Shown piece after piece: positions 33,396 to 43,782 of a DNA stretch of 64,000 nucleotides. Source of the DNA: Candidatus Dojkabacteria bacterium (GTDB lineage: Bacteria > Patescibacteriota > Dojkabacteria > JAOAGR01). The stretch lies in the NCBI GenBank assembly GCA_026415655.1, contig JAOAGR010000002.1, positions 131,237-195,236 on the forward strand, read 5' to 3'. The notes beneath the pieces were generated by a model. It made no database searches and was not told the origin of the DNA. It worked only from the letters and a program-made list of their open reading frames with translations. A program made the position numbers and the translations under genes. Each line of letters starts with the position of its first letter. The stretch's first letter is position 1.

Positions 33396-34037
33396 ATGGA
33401 GAATACCACAAATAGTAATTCAGAAGTTAGTATCAATAACAAAGATAGAAGCAAACTTCCACTTCTAATAACCACAATTATTTCTATTTCTACATTAGTT
33501 ATAATTATATTTTTTAGTTTTTTACCTAATCTTGTAAAGATGCCATTAACAAAATATAAATTAGTATTTGCAGTGATTGTTGAGAAATTTCAAGATGTTG
33601 AGAATGTTCAATATAATTATGTTTATTCTTTAAACAAAGTTAGAATAAGCAAAAATCAATATAAAATAAAAATTTCAAATCAAAGAGGCGAGGATATAAA
33701 TACTGTAAGGCAGTTTTTTTCTACAACTAGGAAATATTATATGTATGACTTTAAATTGGGAAATATGAAAGAAATAAATTTAGATGATGCTTTATCGATG
33801 GCTTATTATATGAATCAAAATTTTGGCTTTACTCATAATGTAAGTGCACTTTGTGATGATTCGCCCGATGGGTATAAGTTGGAAAGTGTGGGTAATTATG
33901 ATTTCCCAGATTATAAAGTCAAACCAGAATTGATGGATTACCAAGATGAGGACAAAGGATTGTACATAAAAAATTTTTTTGTTCGACATAAGTTTTATGA
34001 TGGATATATGTCCGAATGTTTTGGCTGGACACTATAG
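33396..34037 (+). CDS. Single-pass membrane protein, hypothetical
   Basis: N-terminal TM; TTGACA-17-TACGAT promoter 8 nt before the ATG. Confidence 0.7.
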   Translation: MENTTNSNSEVSINNKDRSKLPLLITTIISISTLVIIIFFSFLPNLVKMPLTKYKLVFAVIVEKFQDVENVQYNYVYSLNKVRISKNQYKIKISNQRGEDINTVRQFFSTTRKYYMYDFKLGNMKEINLDDALSMAYYMNQNFGFTHNVSALCDDSPDGYKLESVGNYDFPDYKVKPELMDYQDEDKGLYIKNFFVRHKFYDGYMSECFGWTL

Positions 34038-34054
34038 ATAAAATTTATATTTTT

Positions 34055-35086
34055 ATGACAAAAGAAATGCCAAATGCTACACAACGAAAATTATCGATAG
34101 AATTTATAGATATACTCTTTTATGTTTCGTCCTTGATAATATCAATAGGTACTCTGGTATTTATAAATCAATCATTGAATTTTATTTTGAAGTCAATCAT
34201 AGTAACGTTTCTGGCTGTCTTACCTGTATTATTAGTTTTATTTGTCAAATTTAGAAACATACAAATGTTTGAAAAATTGGAGAATCCACTTTTGTTATTG
34301 CATGTATTGGTCAGTACATCGGCTTTTTATGCCTGGTACGAACCCATCGCTGATCTGTTTCTAATGTTGTTTGAGTATAAATTGTTACATGTATATTATA
34401 TTTTGCTGGTTTCTTTGGTATTGGTAGTATGGTTTTGGTTTTTATCTAGAGTTTTAAATGGAAATCAGTTACTTATGTATTTTACTATCATTACTTTGCC
34501 AGTTAGTTATATATCGTTAATACAGTCTTACTTAGAATTATTTCAAGATCTATTTAACATAAAATATCCTTTTGCTGATTGGAGTAGCTATTACCATTTT
34601 TATCAATTTATTGTTATGACAGTTGGTTTAAGTTTATTTTCTATATCAAATTATTTGTATAATTTGGGTAGTAACCATCGTATTTTGATGTATTTTGTAA
34701 GGATAAGTGCACTTATTGCAATATATTTTTCTCTTGTGGCATTTACATCTTATTTCGCTTATAACGATGTCATTCACACATTTTTGTTGTTTTTCAACTA
34801 TGTAATTGTCCTATTCTTCTTTTATTATTTTAATAAAATAAGGGCTGTTGATGGTTATATATTAACTTCTATATTTTTAGTTTCATTAATTAATTATTCG
34901 ATATTTTATTTGCTTAACAAATTTGATTTTCTGGTGGGACGAGAATATATAGGGACCTTGATCTTTATTACATCAGGTATTTCTTTGTTAATTATTTCTG
35001 TGATTGGTTATTATTTTTTGAATAAAAAAAAGCTTGTGAGTGGTACAATTGACAACTTACACAAGGAAGAGAACGCACAAAGCTGA
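34055..35086 (+). CDS. Polytopic membrane protein, hypothetical
   Basis: About 10 hydrophobic helices; start uncertain (34016 or 34055). Confidence 0.72.
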   Translation: MTKEMPNATQRKLSIEFIDILFYVSSLIISIGTLVFINQSLNFILKSIIVTFLAVLPVLLVLFVKFRNIQMFEKLENPLLLLHVLVSTSAFYAWYEPIADLFLMLFEYKLLHVYYILLVSLVLVVWFWFLSRVLNGNQLLMYFTIITLPVSYISLIQSYLELFQDLFNIKYPFADWSSYYHFYQFIVMTVGLSLFSISNYLYNLGSNHRILMYFVRISALIAIYFSLVAFTSYFAYNDVIHTFLLFFNYVIVLFFFYYFNKIRAVDGYILTSIFLVSLINYSIFYLLNKFDFLVGREYIGTLIFITSGISLLIISVIGYYFLNKKKLVSGTIDNLHKEENAQS

Positions 35087-35331
35087 TAAATCTGGTTTAA
35101 TACTTCTGTTTATATACCTTCTAACTTAGAGCTTTATATTAAAATTAACTTAATATTAACTTTAGTTCATACTTTCTCGTAGATTGAATAAATTTGGATT
35201 TCGTAACAATAGTTCTTCAAATCTTAGAATTTCGTTCTATTATTACGAACTTGTATTTGTGGGAAAGGTATGAATTTGCTCTAACAATAACTCATAAATC
35301 GTTTATTGTGCCGATTATAGGTGAAGGTTTA

Positions 35332-36735
35332 TCATCGATTATTCTGGACTAATGCTTCACATTTAGTATCCAAGTCATCTATCTTTATCCTAATTTGTTC
35401 CATGCTATCTCTGTCTCTTATTGTTACCTTGTTATCTTCTAGTGTTTGATAATCGACAGTGATGCAATATGGAGTACCGATTTCATCTTGTCTTCTGTAT
35501 CTTTTTCCAATAGAACCGGAATCATCATATTCTGCAATATAATATTTTTTGATATGATGATAAATTTCTTTAGCTACATTTTGTAGATCTGGCTTTTTAA
35601 ATAGCGGCAAAACAGCAAATTTGATAGGACTGAGCCTTTTATCCAATTTTAATACAATTCTTGTATCATCATTAACAATTTCTTCTGTATAAGCATTGTC
35701 TATGAACATCATGACAAATCGTCCAAGTCCAGCTGAGGTTTCTAAAATGTGTGGAATGTACCTTTCTTTTATTTCCTGATCATAATAATCTAGTGTCATA
35801 CCACTATATTTGGTATGTTGGGATAAATCCCAATTACCTCTTGCATGTATACCTTCAACCTCAGCAAATTCACCTAAACTTGCAAAGTTATACTTGATAT
35901 CATATGCATCACTTGCATAATGAGCTAGTTTTTCATGTTTATACCACTTTAGAGATGTTTCATTAATGCCATATTCTAAATACCATTTCCATCTATATTC
36001 CTTCCATTCATTATATTTGAATTCCATCTCTGAGGGATGTAAAAAATATTGCATCTCCATTTGCTCAAATTCTCTTGTTCTATAAATAAATTGCCTAGCT
36101 ACTATTTCATTTCTAAATGCTTTACCCACTTGTGCGATACCAAAAGGCAATTTTGCATGTAAAGTGTCTACTACATTCTTAAATTGTAAATATATTCCTC
36201 CACAAGTTTCGGGCCGTAAATAGGTTAGTTCATCATCAGAGATAGAATCAACAGTACATCCAAGATTAGATTTAACCATCAGAGAAAATCTACGAGCTTG
36301 TGTCAAGTTTTTTGATTTACAGTTTGGACAGAATAGTTTGTTATTTGTTCTTAACTCATCTAGTTTTTGATTTATCTCATCCGTTGTTGCTTTATCATCG
36401 ATTTCGACACCAAATTCTGCCAATAGATGATCAGCTCGGTATCTGTGCTTGCAGTCTTTGCAATCTACCATTGGATCGTCAAAGGTAGCTACGTGGCCAG
36501 ATGCCACCCAGGTGGTTGGATGCATGAAAATCGCAGAGTCCAATAAGTAAACGTCGTCCCTCTCATTGATCATATTCCTAATCCAAGCATTTTTTATGTT
36601 TTCCTTGAGTAAATAGCCATAATGTCCATAATCATATATTCCAGAAAGACCACCATATATCTCTGAAGATGGATAGATAAAGCCACGCGTTTTACAAAAA
36701 TTAGCTAATTTTTCTAAAGAAAGAGATTTTGACAT
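35332..36735 (-). CDS. glyQS: Glycine-tRNA ligase, homodimeric type
   Basis: SSEIYGG, YLRPET, GKAFRNEI, RTREFEQMEMQYF, GSIGKRYRRQDEIGTP. Confidence 0.96.
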   Translation of the reverse strand: MSKSLSLEKLANFCKTRGFIYPSSEIYGGLSGIYDYGHYGYLLKENIKNAWIRNMINERDDVYLLDSAIFMHPTTWVASGHVATFDDPMVDCKDCKHRYRADHLLAEFGVEIDDKATTDEINQKLDELRTNNKLFCPNCKSKNLTQARRFSLMVKSNLGCTVDSISDDELTYLRPETCGGIYLQFKNVVDTLHAKLPFGIAQVGKAFRNEIVARQFIYRTREFEQMEMQYFLHPSEMEFKYNEWKEYRWKWYLEYGINETSLKWYKHEKLAHYASDAYDIKYNFASLGEFAEVEGIHARGNWDLSQHTKYSGMTLDYYDQEIKERYIPHILETSAGLGRFVMMFIDNAYTEEIVNDDTRIVLKLDKRLSPIKFAVLPLFKKPDLQNVAKEIYHHIKKYYIAEYDDSGSIGKRYRRQDEIGTPYCITVDYQTLEDNKVTIRDRDSMEQIRIKIDDLDTKCEALVQNNR

Positions 36736-36780
36736 AATAAATTATACTAAACTTGTCTGATTTTTGGGAAATCAAAAAAA

Positions 36781-38049
36781 TCAATTTTGATATTTTTGAT
36801 TAATAATCTCTTCTATTCTTATCAATTCATTGTATTTTGCTACTCTATCTGTACGCGATGGTGCACCGCTTTTTATCTGACCACAATTTGTGCCAACAGC
36901 TAAATGGACAAGTGTTACATCTTCAGTCTCGCCTGATCTATGACTCACTACATTTTTCCAACCAGCATTTTTTGCCATTTTTATTGCTTCTATTGTTTCA
37001 CTTAGAGTACCAATCTGATTCATTTTGACTAATAGTGTATTACACAAGCTATTTTCAATTGCCATCTTAATTCTTTCAGTATTTGTAACAAGTAAGTCAT
37101 CACCAACTATTTGTAAATTATTACCATACTTTTGATTACAAATACGCCAGGATTCAATATCATCCTCACAAAACCAATCTTCAACGCTGATTATTGGATA
37201 TTTTTCATAAAGATAATTAAACCATTCAATCATTTCATCAGAAGTTTTTTCTACACCATCCCTTTTTAATACATACATACCTTTTTCGGCATCAAAAAAC
37301 TCGCTAGCAGCAGCATCAAGTCCTATTGCAAAGTCTATTTCAGGCTTATATCCAGCTAGTTCTACTGCGTTAATGATTGTTTGGATAGCGTTTTCGTTAG
37401 ATTCAAAGATAGGGGCATAGCCACCTTCATTACCTACATTTGTGCTGTATCCATGACTTTTTAATATTTTACCTAAATGGTGATAGACTTCTGCGCACCT
37501 TCTTAGATTTTCACGCCAACTAGAAATATTTATCGGTATTATCATGTATTCTTGTATATCTGTTGCCCAGTCAGCATGCTTGCCTCCATTCATGATATTC
37601 ATCATGGGACGGGGTAGAGAATAGGTTGTGTTTGCTGATATTTCACCGATATATTCAAATAACTCTAAATTTCTGCTATTTGCACTAGCCCATGCATATG
37701 CCAAACTTACCGCAAGGATTGCATTTGCACCGAAGTTTGACTTGTTTTTTGTCCCATCTAGATCTATCAGTCTTTGGTCAAACAATTCTTGTTTATTTGA
37801 TTCAAATCCAAAAAAGTAGGTATTGAATAAGTTATTTATAATATTTACTGCATTTAATACGCCCTTTCCTAGGAATCTTTTAGGATCATTATCACGTTTT
37901 TCTACCGCTTCATAGGAACCTGTAGATGCGCCAGAAGGTACAGATGCCCTGCCTTTGGATCCATCATCTAATATAACTTCAGCTTCTACTGTGGGATTGC
38001 CACGTGAGTCAAGAATTTCTCTGCCAATTATTTTTATAATCTTTGCCAT
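36781..38049 (-). CDS. eno: Enolase
   Basis: REILDSRGNPTVE, VPSGASTG, VGDDL, KMNQIGT, SHRSGETED. Confidence 0.97.
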   Translation of the reverse strand: MAKIIKIIGREILDSRGNPTVEAEVILDDGSKGRASVPSGASTGSYEAVEKRDNDPKRFLGKGVLNAVNIINNLFNTYFFGFESNKQELFDQRLIDLDGTKNKSNFGANAILAVSLAYAWASANSRNLELFEYIGEISANTTYSLPRPMMNIMNGGKHADWATDIQEYMIIPINISSWRENLRRCAEVYHHLGKILKSHGYSTNVGNEGGYAPIFESNENAIQTIINAVELAGYKPEIDFAIGLDAAASEFFDAEKGMYVLKRDGVEKTSDEMIEWFNYLYEKYPIISVEDWFCEDDIESWRICNQKYGNNLQIVGDDLLVTNTERIKMAIENSLCNTLLVKMNQIGTLSETIEAIKMAKNAGWKNVVSHRSGETEDVTLVHLAVGTNCGQIKSGAPSRTDRVAKYNELIRIEEIINQKYQN

Positions 38050-38266
38050 ACAATATCATTTTAGTATATTGTATAAACTATTTGCAGAATATATAACTTG
38101 TTTTTATATTAAATATGTAATGTTATATAAAGATAATATAGCCTTTGTGTAATGTTTATAATGATCAAGATGTAATAGAATTGTGTTATATAAAAATATG
38201 TTAGAGTTATAGTTGATGGGAGAGTAAGGTTGGCACAACTGATTAAATGTATTAGAATACTATACT

Positions 38267-38773
38267 ATGTTTAGTATGCGCGAAGACTTTTCCTACGCAA
38301 TCGATGAACAAGAGATTGCACGTGTTCTTTGACGATCTATAGATTACTCTGTTCCTCACCCATGCCGTATTGTATTAGGTCCTGATGGAATAAGTTTCTA
38401 TGATACCAATCCTAAATCTGTTACACCTGATGGAAGTAATGAGAATGGTAAAATAGAGTTTACTGGTTGTAGTACAGAAGATGGACGTAATTTACTGGAA
38501 TTATTTAAAGTTATGGTGCAATCAATAGCGGCGGGTTATATTCAATTACCAGATTTAAAGGAAGTAAAGGTTATTAGCACTATTGAGGTAGTTGAAGGAG
38601 CATATCTATTAGCATGCGCAGTCGCAGCATTTGGAGAGAACGATTCACCATTGGCATGTCCAGTAAGATATACAGACAGAATAGAAACGTTGTATAGAGG
38701 GTATGAAGTACCAAACACTTATGAGGCCAGGGTAGACAACAACGGATTTATTCTTCATTTAAAGTATAAATAA
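38267..38773 (+). pseudogene. Orphan ORF of about 168 codons interrupted by one in-frame TGA
   Basis: ATG 38267 (TAGAAT 8 nt upstream) is in frame with ORF 38513..38773; the only internal stop is TGA 38330-38332. Confidence 0.6.
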
Positions 38774-38787
38774 CCTAAGAATTAAAG

Positions 38788-40173
38788 TTAAGTTATATGA
38801 TCTTCTAACGTACTTACTTTCGTTCTCAATCTATCCGCCTCTTCCCATCTTTTCTCAGCACGTAACTGATTCCATTGGGATTTTAATTTATTTATTTCAT
38901 TTTCATGTGGATTTACTAAGTTTTCTCTAATCTTTAACCCCAGCACCTCATCGAAGCTTAAAATTTGTTTTAATTTTTCATCAACATTAATGTTTTGATC
39001 TTTTAATAACTGAAAAAACACACCCACCGCTTTTGGGACATTGAGATCATCTGCAATCGCATTTTCGAATTCCTGCTGATAAGTATTTTGTAATTTTTCC
39101 GATGGAACATTGTTAGAATCAGAAAATGAGGATAATCTAAATAATTCTCTTATTTGCTTGTATATTTTTCTTAGAGCATTTTGACTAGCGGTCAGAGAAT
39201 CAAATGTAAAGTTTAGTTGATCACGATATTTATTTTGTAAATAAAGCAATCTTAATGCTAATGGATGAAAACCTTTTTCTTGTAAATCACTTAAAAGATA
39301 TGTGTTGCCAAGAGATTTACTCATCTTTTGTCCTTCAACCAAAATATGCTGATGATGTAGCCAATACCTAACAAACTGCTTGCCTGATACACCTTCGCTT
39401 TGGGCAATTTCATTTGTATGATGAATGTTTATGTGCTCAGGACCACCAGTATGTATGTCTATTTGTTCACCCAACAGTGCAAATGCCATAGCACTGCATT
39501 CGATATGCCATCCCGGGAATCCATCTCCCCAAGGGGAATCCCAATGTAATATATGATTTTTGAATCTTCCAATTCTTTTAAACCACAAAGCAAAATCATA
39601 TGGTTTTTTCTTTTGTGGATCAACATTGACTTCATCTCGAGCTGCCTGGATAAGATCTTCTAATTTTTGTTTAGAAAGTCTTGTGTAATTTTCAAATTTA
39701 TCTACTTCAAAATATAACGCTTCATTAGTTTCATAGGCATATCCTTTCTCCTTCAGGATTTTGTTCATTTCAATCATTTTCTGGATGAATTCTGTAGCTC
39801 TTGGTCTATATGTGGGATGAGTAATATTTAGTTTTTCTACATCTTCGAGATATTTTTCAGTAAAAAACTGAGCTATTTCTAAAGGTGACTTACCATATTT
39901 TTTTGCTCCTTTTTCAAGTTTATCTTCGCCTTCATCACTATCACTTGTCAGATGTCCAACGTCGGTAATATTCATGACATTTATAACTTCATAACCTAAA
40001 TATCTAAAAATTCTAGCCAGATAATCCGCAAATACTGCAGAGTAGAGATTACCAATATGTTGATAATCATAAACTGTTGGACCACAACTGTATATTTTTA
40101 CCTTACCATCTTCTATGGGAATAAATTCTTCTATTTTACGAGTTAGAGTGTTAAATAAATAAATTTTTAACAT
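38788..40173 (-). CDS. cysS: Cysteine-tRNA ligase
   Basis: CGPTVY, HIGN, NITDVGH, PGWHIECSAM, KMSKS; ATG 40173 lies 6 nt after TGaTACAAT. Confidence 0.97.
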   Translation of the reverse strand: MLKIYLFNTLTRKIEEFIPIEDGKVKIYSCGPTVYDYQHIGNLYSAVFADYLARIFRYLGYEVINVMNITDVGHLTSDSDEGEDKLEKGAKKYGKSPLEIAQFFTEKYLEDVEKLNITHPTYRPRATEFIQKMIEMNKILKEKGYAYETNEALYFEVDKFENYTRLSKQKLEDLIQAARDEVNVDPQKKKPYDFALWFKRIGRFKNHILHWDSPWGDGFPGWHIECSAMAFALLGEQIDIHTGGPEHINIHHTNEIAQSEGVSGKQFVRYWLHHQHILVEGQKMSKSLGNTYLLSDLQEKGFHPLALRLLYLQNKYRDQLNFTFDSLTASQNALRKIYKQIRELFRLSSFSDSNNVPSEKLQNTYQQEFENAIADDLNVPKAVGVFFQLLKDQNINVDEKLKQILSFDEVLGLKIRENLVNPHENEINKLKSQWNQLRAEKRWEEADRLRTKVSTLEDHIT

Positions 40174-40371
40174 ACTCAAATTGTATCAGATTTTCACTTT
40201 TGTATTACAGTGATTGATTTTAAGAGTTTATTATTAAATATAACTTAAATATTCCAATTGTCAGTTAAAAAAGCGCCGTTAATTAGTAATTAAATAATAA
40301 AATTTCTACTGATAAGTATTTATTGGATTATGAAATTTTTATTGATTAAATAGTTAGAATTCAGTGTATAT

Positions 40372-40399
40372 AAAAAAGCATGCCTAAAAAAGGCATGCT
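40372..40399 (-). terminator. Intrinsic terminator of rplJL
   Basis: AGCATGCCT-5 nt-AGGCATGCT followed by a T run on the minus strand. Confidence 0.85.
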
Positions 40400-40421
40400 C
40401 TCGAAAATATATTTAATTAGT

Positions 40422-40802
40422 TTACTTCAACGTTACTTTTGCTCCTGCTTCTTCTAGTTTTTTCTTGATTTCTTCAGCTTGTTCTTTTTTAACACCGGAC
40501 ATTACAATAACTGGTGCTGATTCAACTTTGGCCTTTGCTTCTGCCAATCCTAGGCTTTGATCAATCTCTCTCAGAGCTTTGATTACATTCAGCTTCTGAG
40601 CACCAATTTCGGTTAATTCCACATCAAATTCGGTTTTTTCTTCTGCAGCTTCTGCTGCTTGTGCTGGTCCTGCCGCAACTGCCATAACAGGTGCTGCCGC
40701 AGTGACACCAAACTTCTCCTCCATTGCTTTTTTTAGCTCTGCAGCTTCTAGCAAGGTTAGAGAAGCGATTTCTTCTAGTAATTTTTGAATTTTCTCTGAC
40801 AT
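40422..40802 (-). CDS. rplL: 50S ribosomal protein L7/L12
   Basis: [31 protein letters not shown]. Confidence 0.98.
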   Translation of the reverse strand: MSEKIQKLLEEIASLTLLEAAELKKAMEEKFGVTAAAPVMAVAAGPAQAAEAAEEKTEFDVELTEIGAQKLNVIKALREIDQSLGLAEAKAKVESAPVIVMSGVKKEQAEEIKKKLEEAGAKVTLK

Positions 40803-40805
40803 GAT

Positions 40806-41318
40806 TTATTGATTTTGTTTTTTAGCTACTTCTTCTACGAGATATGCAATATCTCTCATCACAGCATTTATAGATCCAACAACACCGCTTGCTCCAGAGT
40901 CCAAAAGATAAAGTATTTTTGCCAGAGTTTGTTCTCTGGATTCAACTTTGGATAATTTGTCTATTTCGGAACCATCATGTAATGTTCCTTCTACAAAACA
41001 GAAGAGATATTCACATTTTTCCTCTTTTTTTAATGCCGCCAATTTTTTGGCAATTTCAACAAAATCATCATAACAAAAAAATACAAATATCGGTCCTTTT
41101 AGATCTAATTTCGTGGATAAATTTTCATCCGCTGCTATTCTAAAAAGTGTATTTTTAATTAGTGTAAAGTAGCAATTCTTTTCTTTCGCGTATTGCTTCA
41201 ATTCATTAGCCTCTTGACCGTTGAAATTGCCTCTAATAGCAAAAATTGCATTAGATTTAGATATAGAATCCTTATAAGTATCTAAAATAGCTGATTTTTG
41301 TTGTCTTGTTTTTGCCAC
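40806..41318 (-). CDS. rplJ: 50S ribosomal protein L10
   Basis: MAKTRQQK, IKNTLFRIA; directly upstream of rplL; GTG start. Confidence 0.92.
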   Translation of the reverse strand: MAKTRQQKSAILDTYKDSISKSNAIFAIRGNFNGQEANELKQYAKEKNCYFTLIKNTLFRIAADENLSTKLDLKGPIFVFFCYDDFVEIAKKLAALKKEEKCEYLFCFVEGTLHDGSEIDKLSKVESREQTLAKILYLLDSGASGVVGSINAVMRDIAYLVEEVAKKQNQ

Positions 41319-41338
41319 AACAAGTTATTCGATTTATA

Positions 41339-41450
41339 CAAAACGTCTTCCCCGTAGACGTGAAGTCAAAGAAACTAGGAAAATAAGACTAAAAACCATT
41401 TAAAGTCTCATTAGGTCTTATTTTTGTGCCTAATTTCTCTGACTTTCTGA
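41339..41450 (-). promoter_or_regulatory. Structured 5' leader of rplJL (putative L10 autoregulatory element/attenuator)
   Basis: Long imperfect hairpin (GAAAGTCA/TGACTTC, TTAGG/CCTAG, AAAATAAGAC/GTCTTATTTT), then an ACGTCT/AGACGT hairpin with a short U tail. Confidence 0.65.
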
Positions 41451-41453
41451 CGT

Positions 41454-41482
41454 ATTATACACAAGAGATAAGTTTAGTTCAA
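41454..41482 (-). promoter_or_regulatory. Sigma70 promoter for rplJL
   Basis: TTGAAC-17 nt-TATAAT. Confidence 0.75.
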
Positions 41483-41483
41483 C

Positions 41484-42581
41484 TTACTTTAGGTATGCGA
41501 CTAAATTTTGTTCTAATCCTTTTTCTTTTAGTTTTCTTATAGCTTTTGCTTCAATTTGTCTTATACGTTCTCTTGTTACATTAAATTCTGCCCCTACTTC
41601 TTCTAAAGTTCTTTGCACACCATCATTTAGTCCAAATCTTAGTTCTATTACTTTTCGCTCACGATCTGATAGTTCACTAAGTGCTTTTTCTAGTTCGTTT
41701 TTTAAGTTCGTGTACTCAGCATAGTCATGAGGGGTTGTTGTGTTTTTGTCAGCTATTATTTCTGCGAGAGATGATGAATTATCATCACCTATGGCCATTT
41801 GTAAAGATGATGGATTTTGAGAGATAGTTTTTATTTCGATTACCTTTTCAACATCAATTCCCATCTCCTTGGCGATCTCTTCTTCTGTTGGTTGTCTTTG
41901 GAGTTTTACAGCAAGTTGTGAGACAATTTTATTAAAGGTATTAATGGTTTCTATCATATGTACAGGGATACGTATAGTACGAGCTTGATCGGCAATAGCT
42001 CTTGAGATTGCCTGTTTTATCCACCACGATGCATATGTCGAAAATTTGTAACCTTTTTTGTAATTAAATTTTTCTACGGCTCTCATAAGCCCGACATTTC
42101 CCTCTTGGATAAGATCTAAAAGATCTAGTCCTCTTTTGTCATATTTTTTGGCATTACTTACAACTAGCCTCAAGTTTGCTGTTATCAAAAACTGGGCGGC
42201 TTCTTGATCTCCCTCTTCTTTTCTTTTGGCTAGTATCACTTCTTCTTCTGCAGTAAGTAGTGGTATACGTCCTATTTCCTGTAAATAGGCTCTGATAGGA
42301 TCTGTCGCGATATTTGCTTGTATGCTCCTAAAAATCTTAATTTTATCCTCAAGAGTCATTGTATTTTCTGGTACTTCCTCAGGTTTTACACTTTCGTCTA
42401 TTCCTGTGATTTCGATGTGATTATGATAAAACTCGTAGATTATATCCTCGACTAAATCAATATGGGCTTCCGGATCCGGTAAGATTTCTAAAAATTGATT
42501 AACATTTATAAATCCTTGAGTCTTGGCAATATTTAGAATTGTATTATATATTTTTTCCTCTTTTTGTTTCTTGCGTTCCAT
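41484..42581 (-). CDS. rpoD: Primary sigma factor RpoD/SigA
   Basis: [52 protein letters not shown]. Confidence 0.97.
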   Translation of the reverse strand: MERKKQKEEKIYNTILNIAKTQGFINVNQFLEILPDPEAHIDLVEDIIYEFYHNHIEITGIDESVKPEEVPENTMTLEDKIKIFRSIQANIATDPIRAYLQEIGRIPLLTAEEEVILAKRKEEGDQEAAQFLITANLRLVVSNAKKYDKRGLDLLDLIQEGNVGLMRAVEKFNYKKGYKFSTYASWWIKQAISRAIADQARTIRIPVHMIETINTFNKIVSQLAVKLQRQPTEEEIAKEMGIDVEKVIEIKTISQNPSSLQMAIGDDNSSSLAEIIADKNTTTPHDYAEYTNLKNELEKALSELSDRERKVIELRFGLNDGVQRTLEEVGAEFNVTRERIRQIEAKAIRKLKEKGLEQNLVAYLK

Positions 42582-42665
42582 AGTTATCAAACTAAAGGTT
42601 TATTATATTTAAAAATGAGAAAATAGTCACCATATATTTAGTAAATATCAGTTATATTTGGATCA

Positions 42666-42742
42666 TGGAGGCACGAGCGGGATTCGAACCCGCGAATAGC
42701 GGTTTTGCAGACCGCCGCCTTGGGCCACTTGGCTATCGTGCC
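42666..42742 (-). tRNA. tRNA-Cys(GCA)
   Basis: GGCACGA acceptor stem, anticodon loop CTGCAAA, U73, CCA. Confidence 0.96.
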
Positions 42743-43050
42743 GGACTCAAATACCTAATTATGCAATATTATACAAATAAAATCTATGTGCAAGATTTGA
42801 GGTTTGCAAGTGTCAGTTTGAGTTTTAACTTAATGATGAGTAATGAGAAAGGAGTATGAATATTTGTACTTTATTTGATTTCTATAAATTTCTTAACGTG
42901 GAGATTGAAATATAAGTTAAGAATGCAAAATTTAAATTAAATTTTTCTTACACAAAATGATGCTAGTGCCATGTTTAAATTTGCATTCATCTTTGGATGG
43001 GTGTCCAATCTCACAGAACGCGTACGATCGATCATATGGTTTATAGCATT

Positions 43051-43614
43051 TCATTGATTTGGGTTGAATGGTAAAAAATTGTAGGCTTTAGATAACTTTT
43101 TTATTGCCTCAGGAGAAACTTGATCTGGAGTAGCCACGTCGATAATTATCAAGTATGGTGGACCATAATCAACTAGTGATTGAGCTATCCTTAATTGATT
43201 GTCTGCTCCATATGTTCGGTTTCTTGTTAAGCCTATTGCTGCGGTAAAGTTATTAGATTCGGCATTGTAATATTGATTCCCAAATACGTTTTTCAATATT
43301 GCAGCAATGCTGATTTTATTATTTTTCAGAAATTTTTGTATAGTTGTTTGTATGGTTGAAACTCTAAATCCACATAAAGGTGAAAATCCAGTAAAGGGAT
43401 TCCTCAGAGTATGTACTTGTTCTTTTATTCTTCTATTAAAATCTTGTTCATCAACAAGTGCTAGACTATAAGTACAGTCTTGTATATCAGGATAATATAA
43501 TACATGAGGTTCTGTTTTAGCGGATATCTCAGCTAGGATTACTGCGTCGCCCCAATATAACAAATCATCTACATCTGGCCCACTACCCAAAACTGCAAAG
43601 TCGTACAACCCCAT
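43051..43614 (-). CDS. Orphan hypothetical protein
   Basis: 187-aa ORF with upstream TATAAT; no confident family. Confidence 0.62.
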   Translation of the reverse strand: MGLYDFAVLGSGPDVDDLLYWGDAVILAEISAKTEPHVLYYPDIQDCTYSLALVDEQDFNRRIKEQVHTLRNPFTGFSPLCGFRVSTIQTTIQKFLKNNKISIAAILKNVFGNQYYNAESNNFTAAIGLTRNRTYGADNQLRIAQSLVDYGPPYLIIIDVATPDQVSPEAIKKLSKAYNFLPFNPNQ

Positions 43615-43689
43615 ATTTTAAATAACTATTATATGACGAAAGGTAAATCAATATTAAACTTTTAATGATATCTTTGTTATAATCTAATT

Positions 43690-43733
43690 GCCCATCGACA
43701 TTTAGGTGATTTGTGTTGAGGTTGTCGATGGGT
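43690..43733 (+). other. GC-rich hairpin directly after an extended -10 promoter; candidate small RNA or 5' element
   Basis: TGtTATAAT at 43675-43683; CCCATCGACA/TGTCGATGGG perfect 10-bp stem. Confidence 0.5.
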
Positions 43734-43782
43734 ACTCTGCATCTTGTACAGATTTCATAATTTTGATAAAATAGGTACTAAT

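Noticed and set aside
36781-38049. Enolase GNEGG instead of GDEGG
   Set aside because: The catalytic Glu, Lys and SHRS motifs are intact; minor variation.
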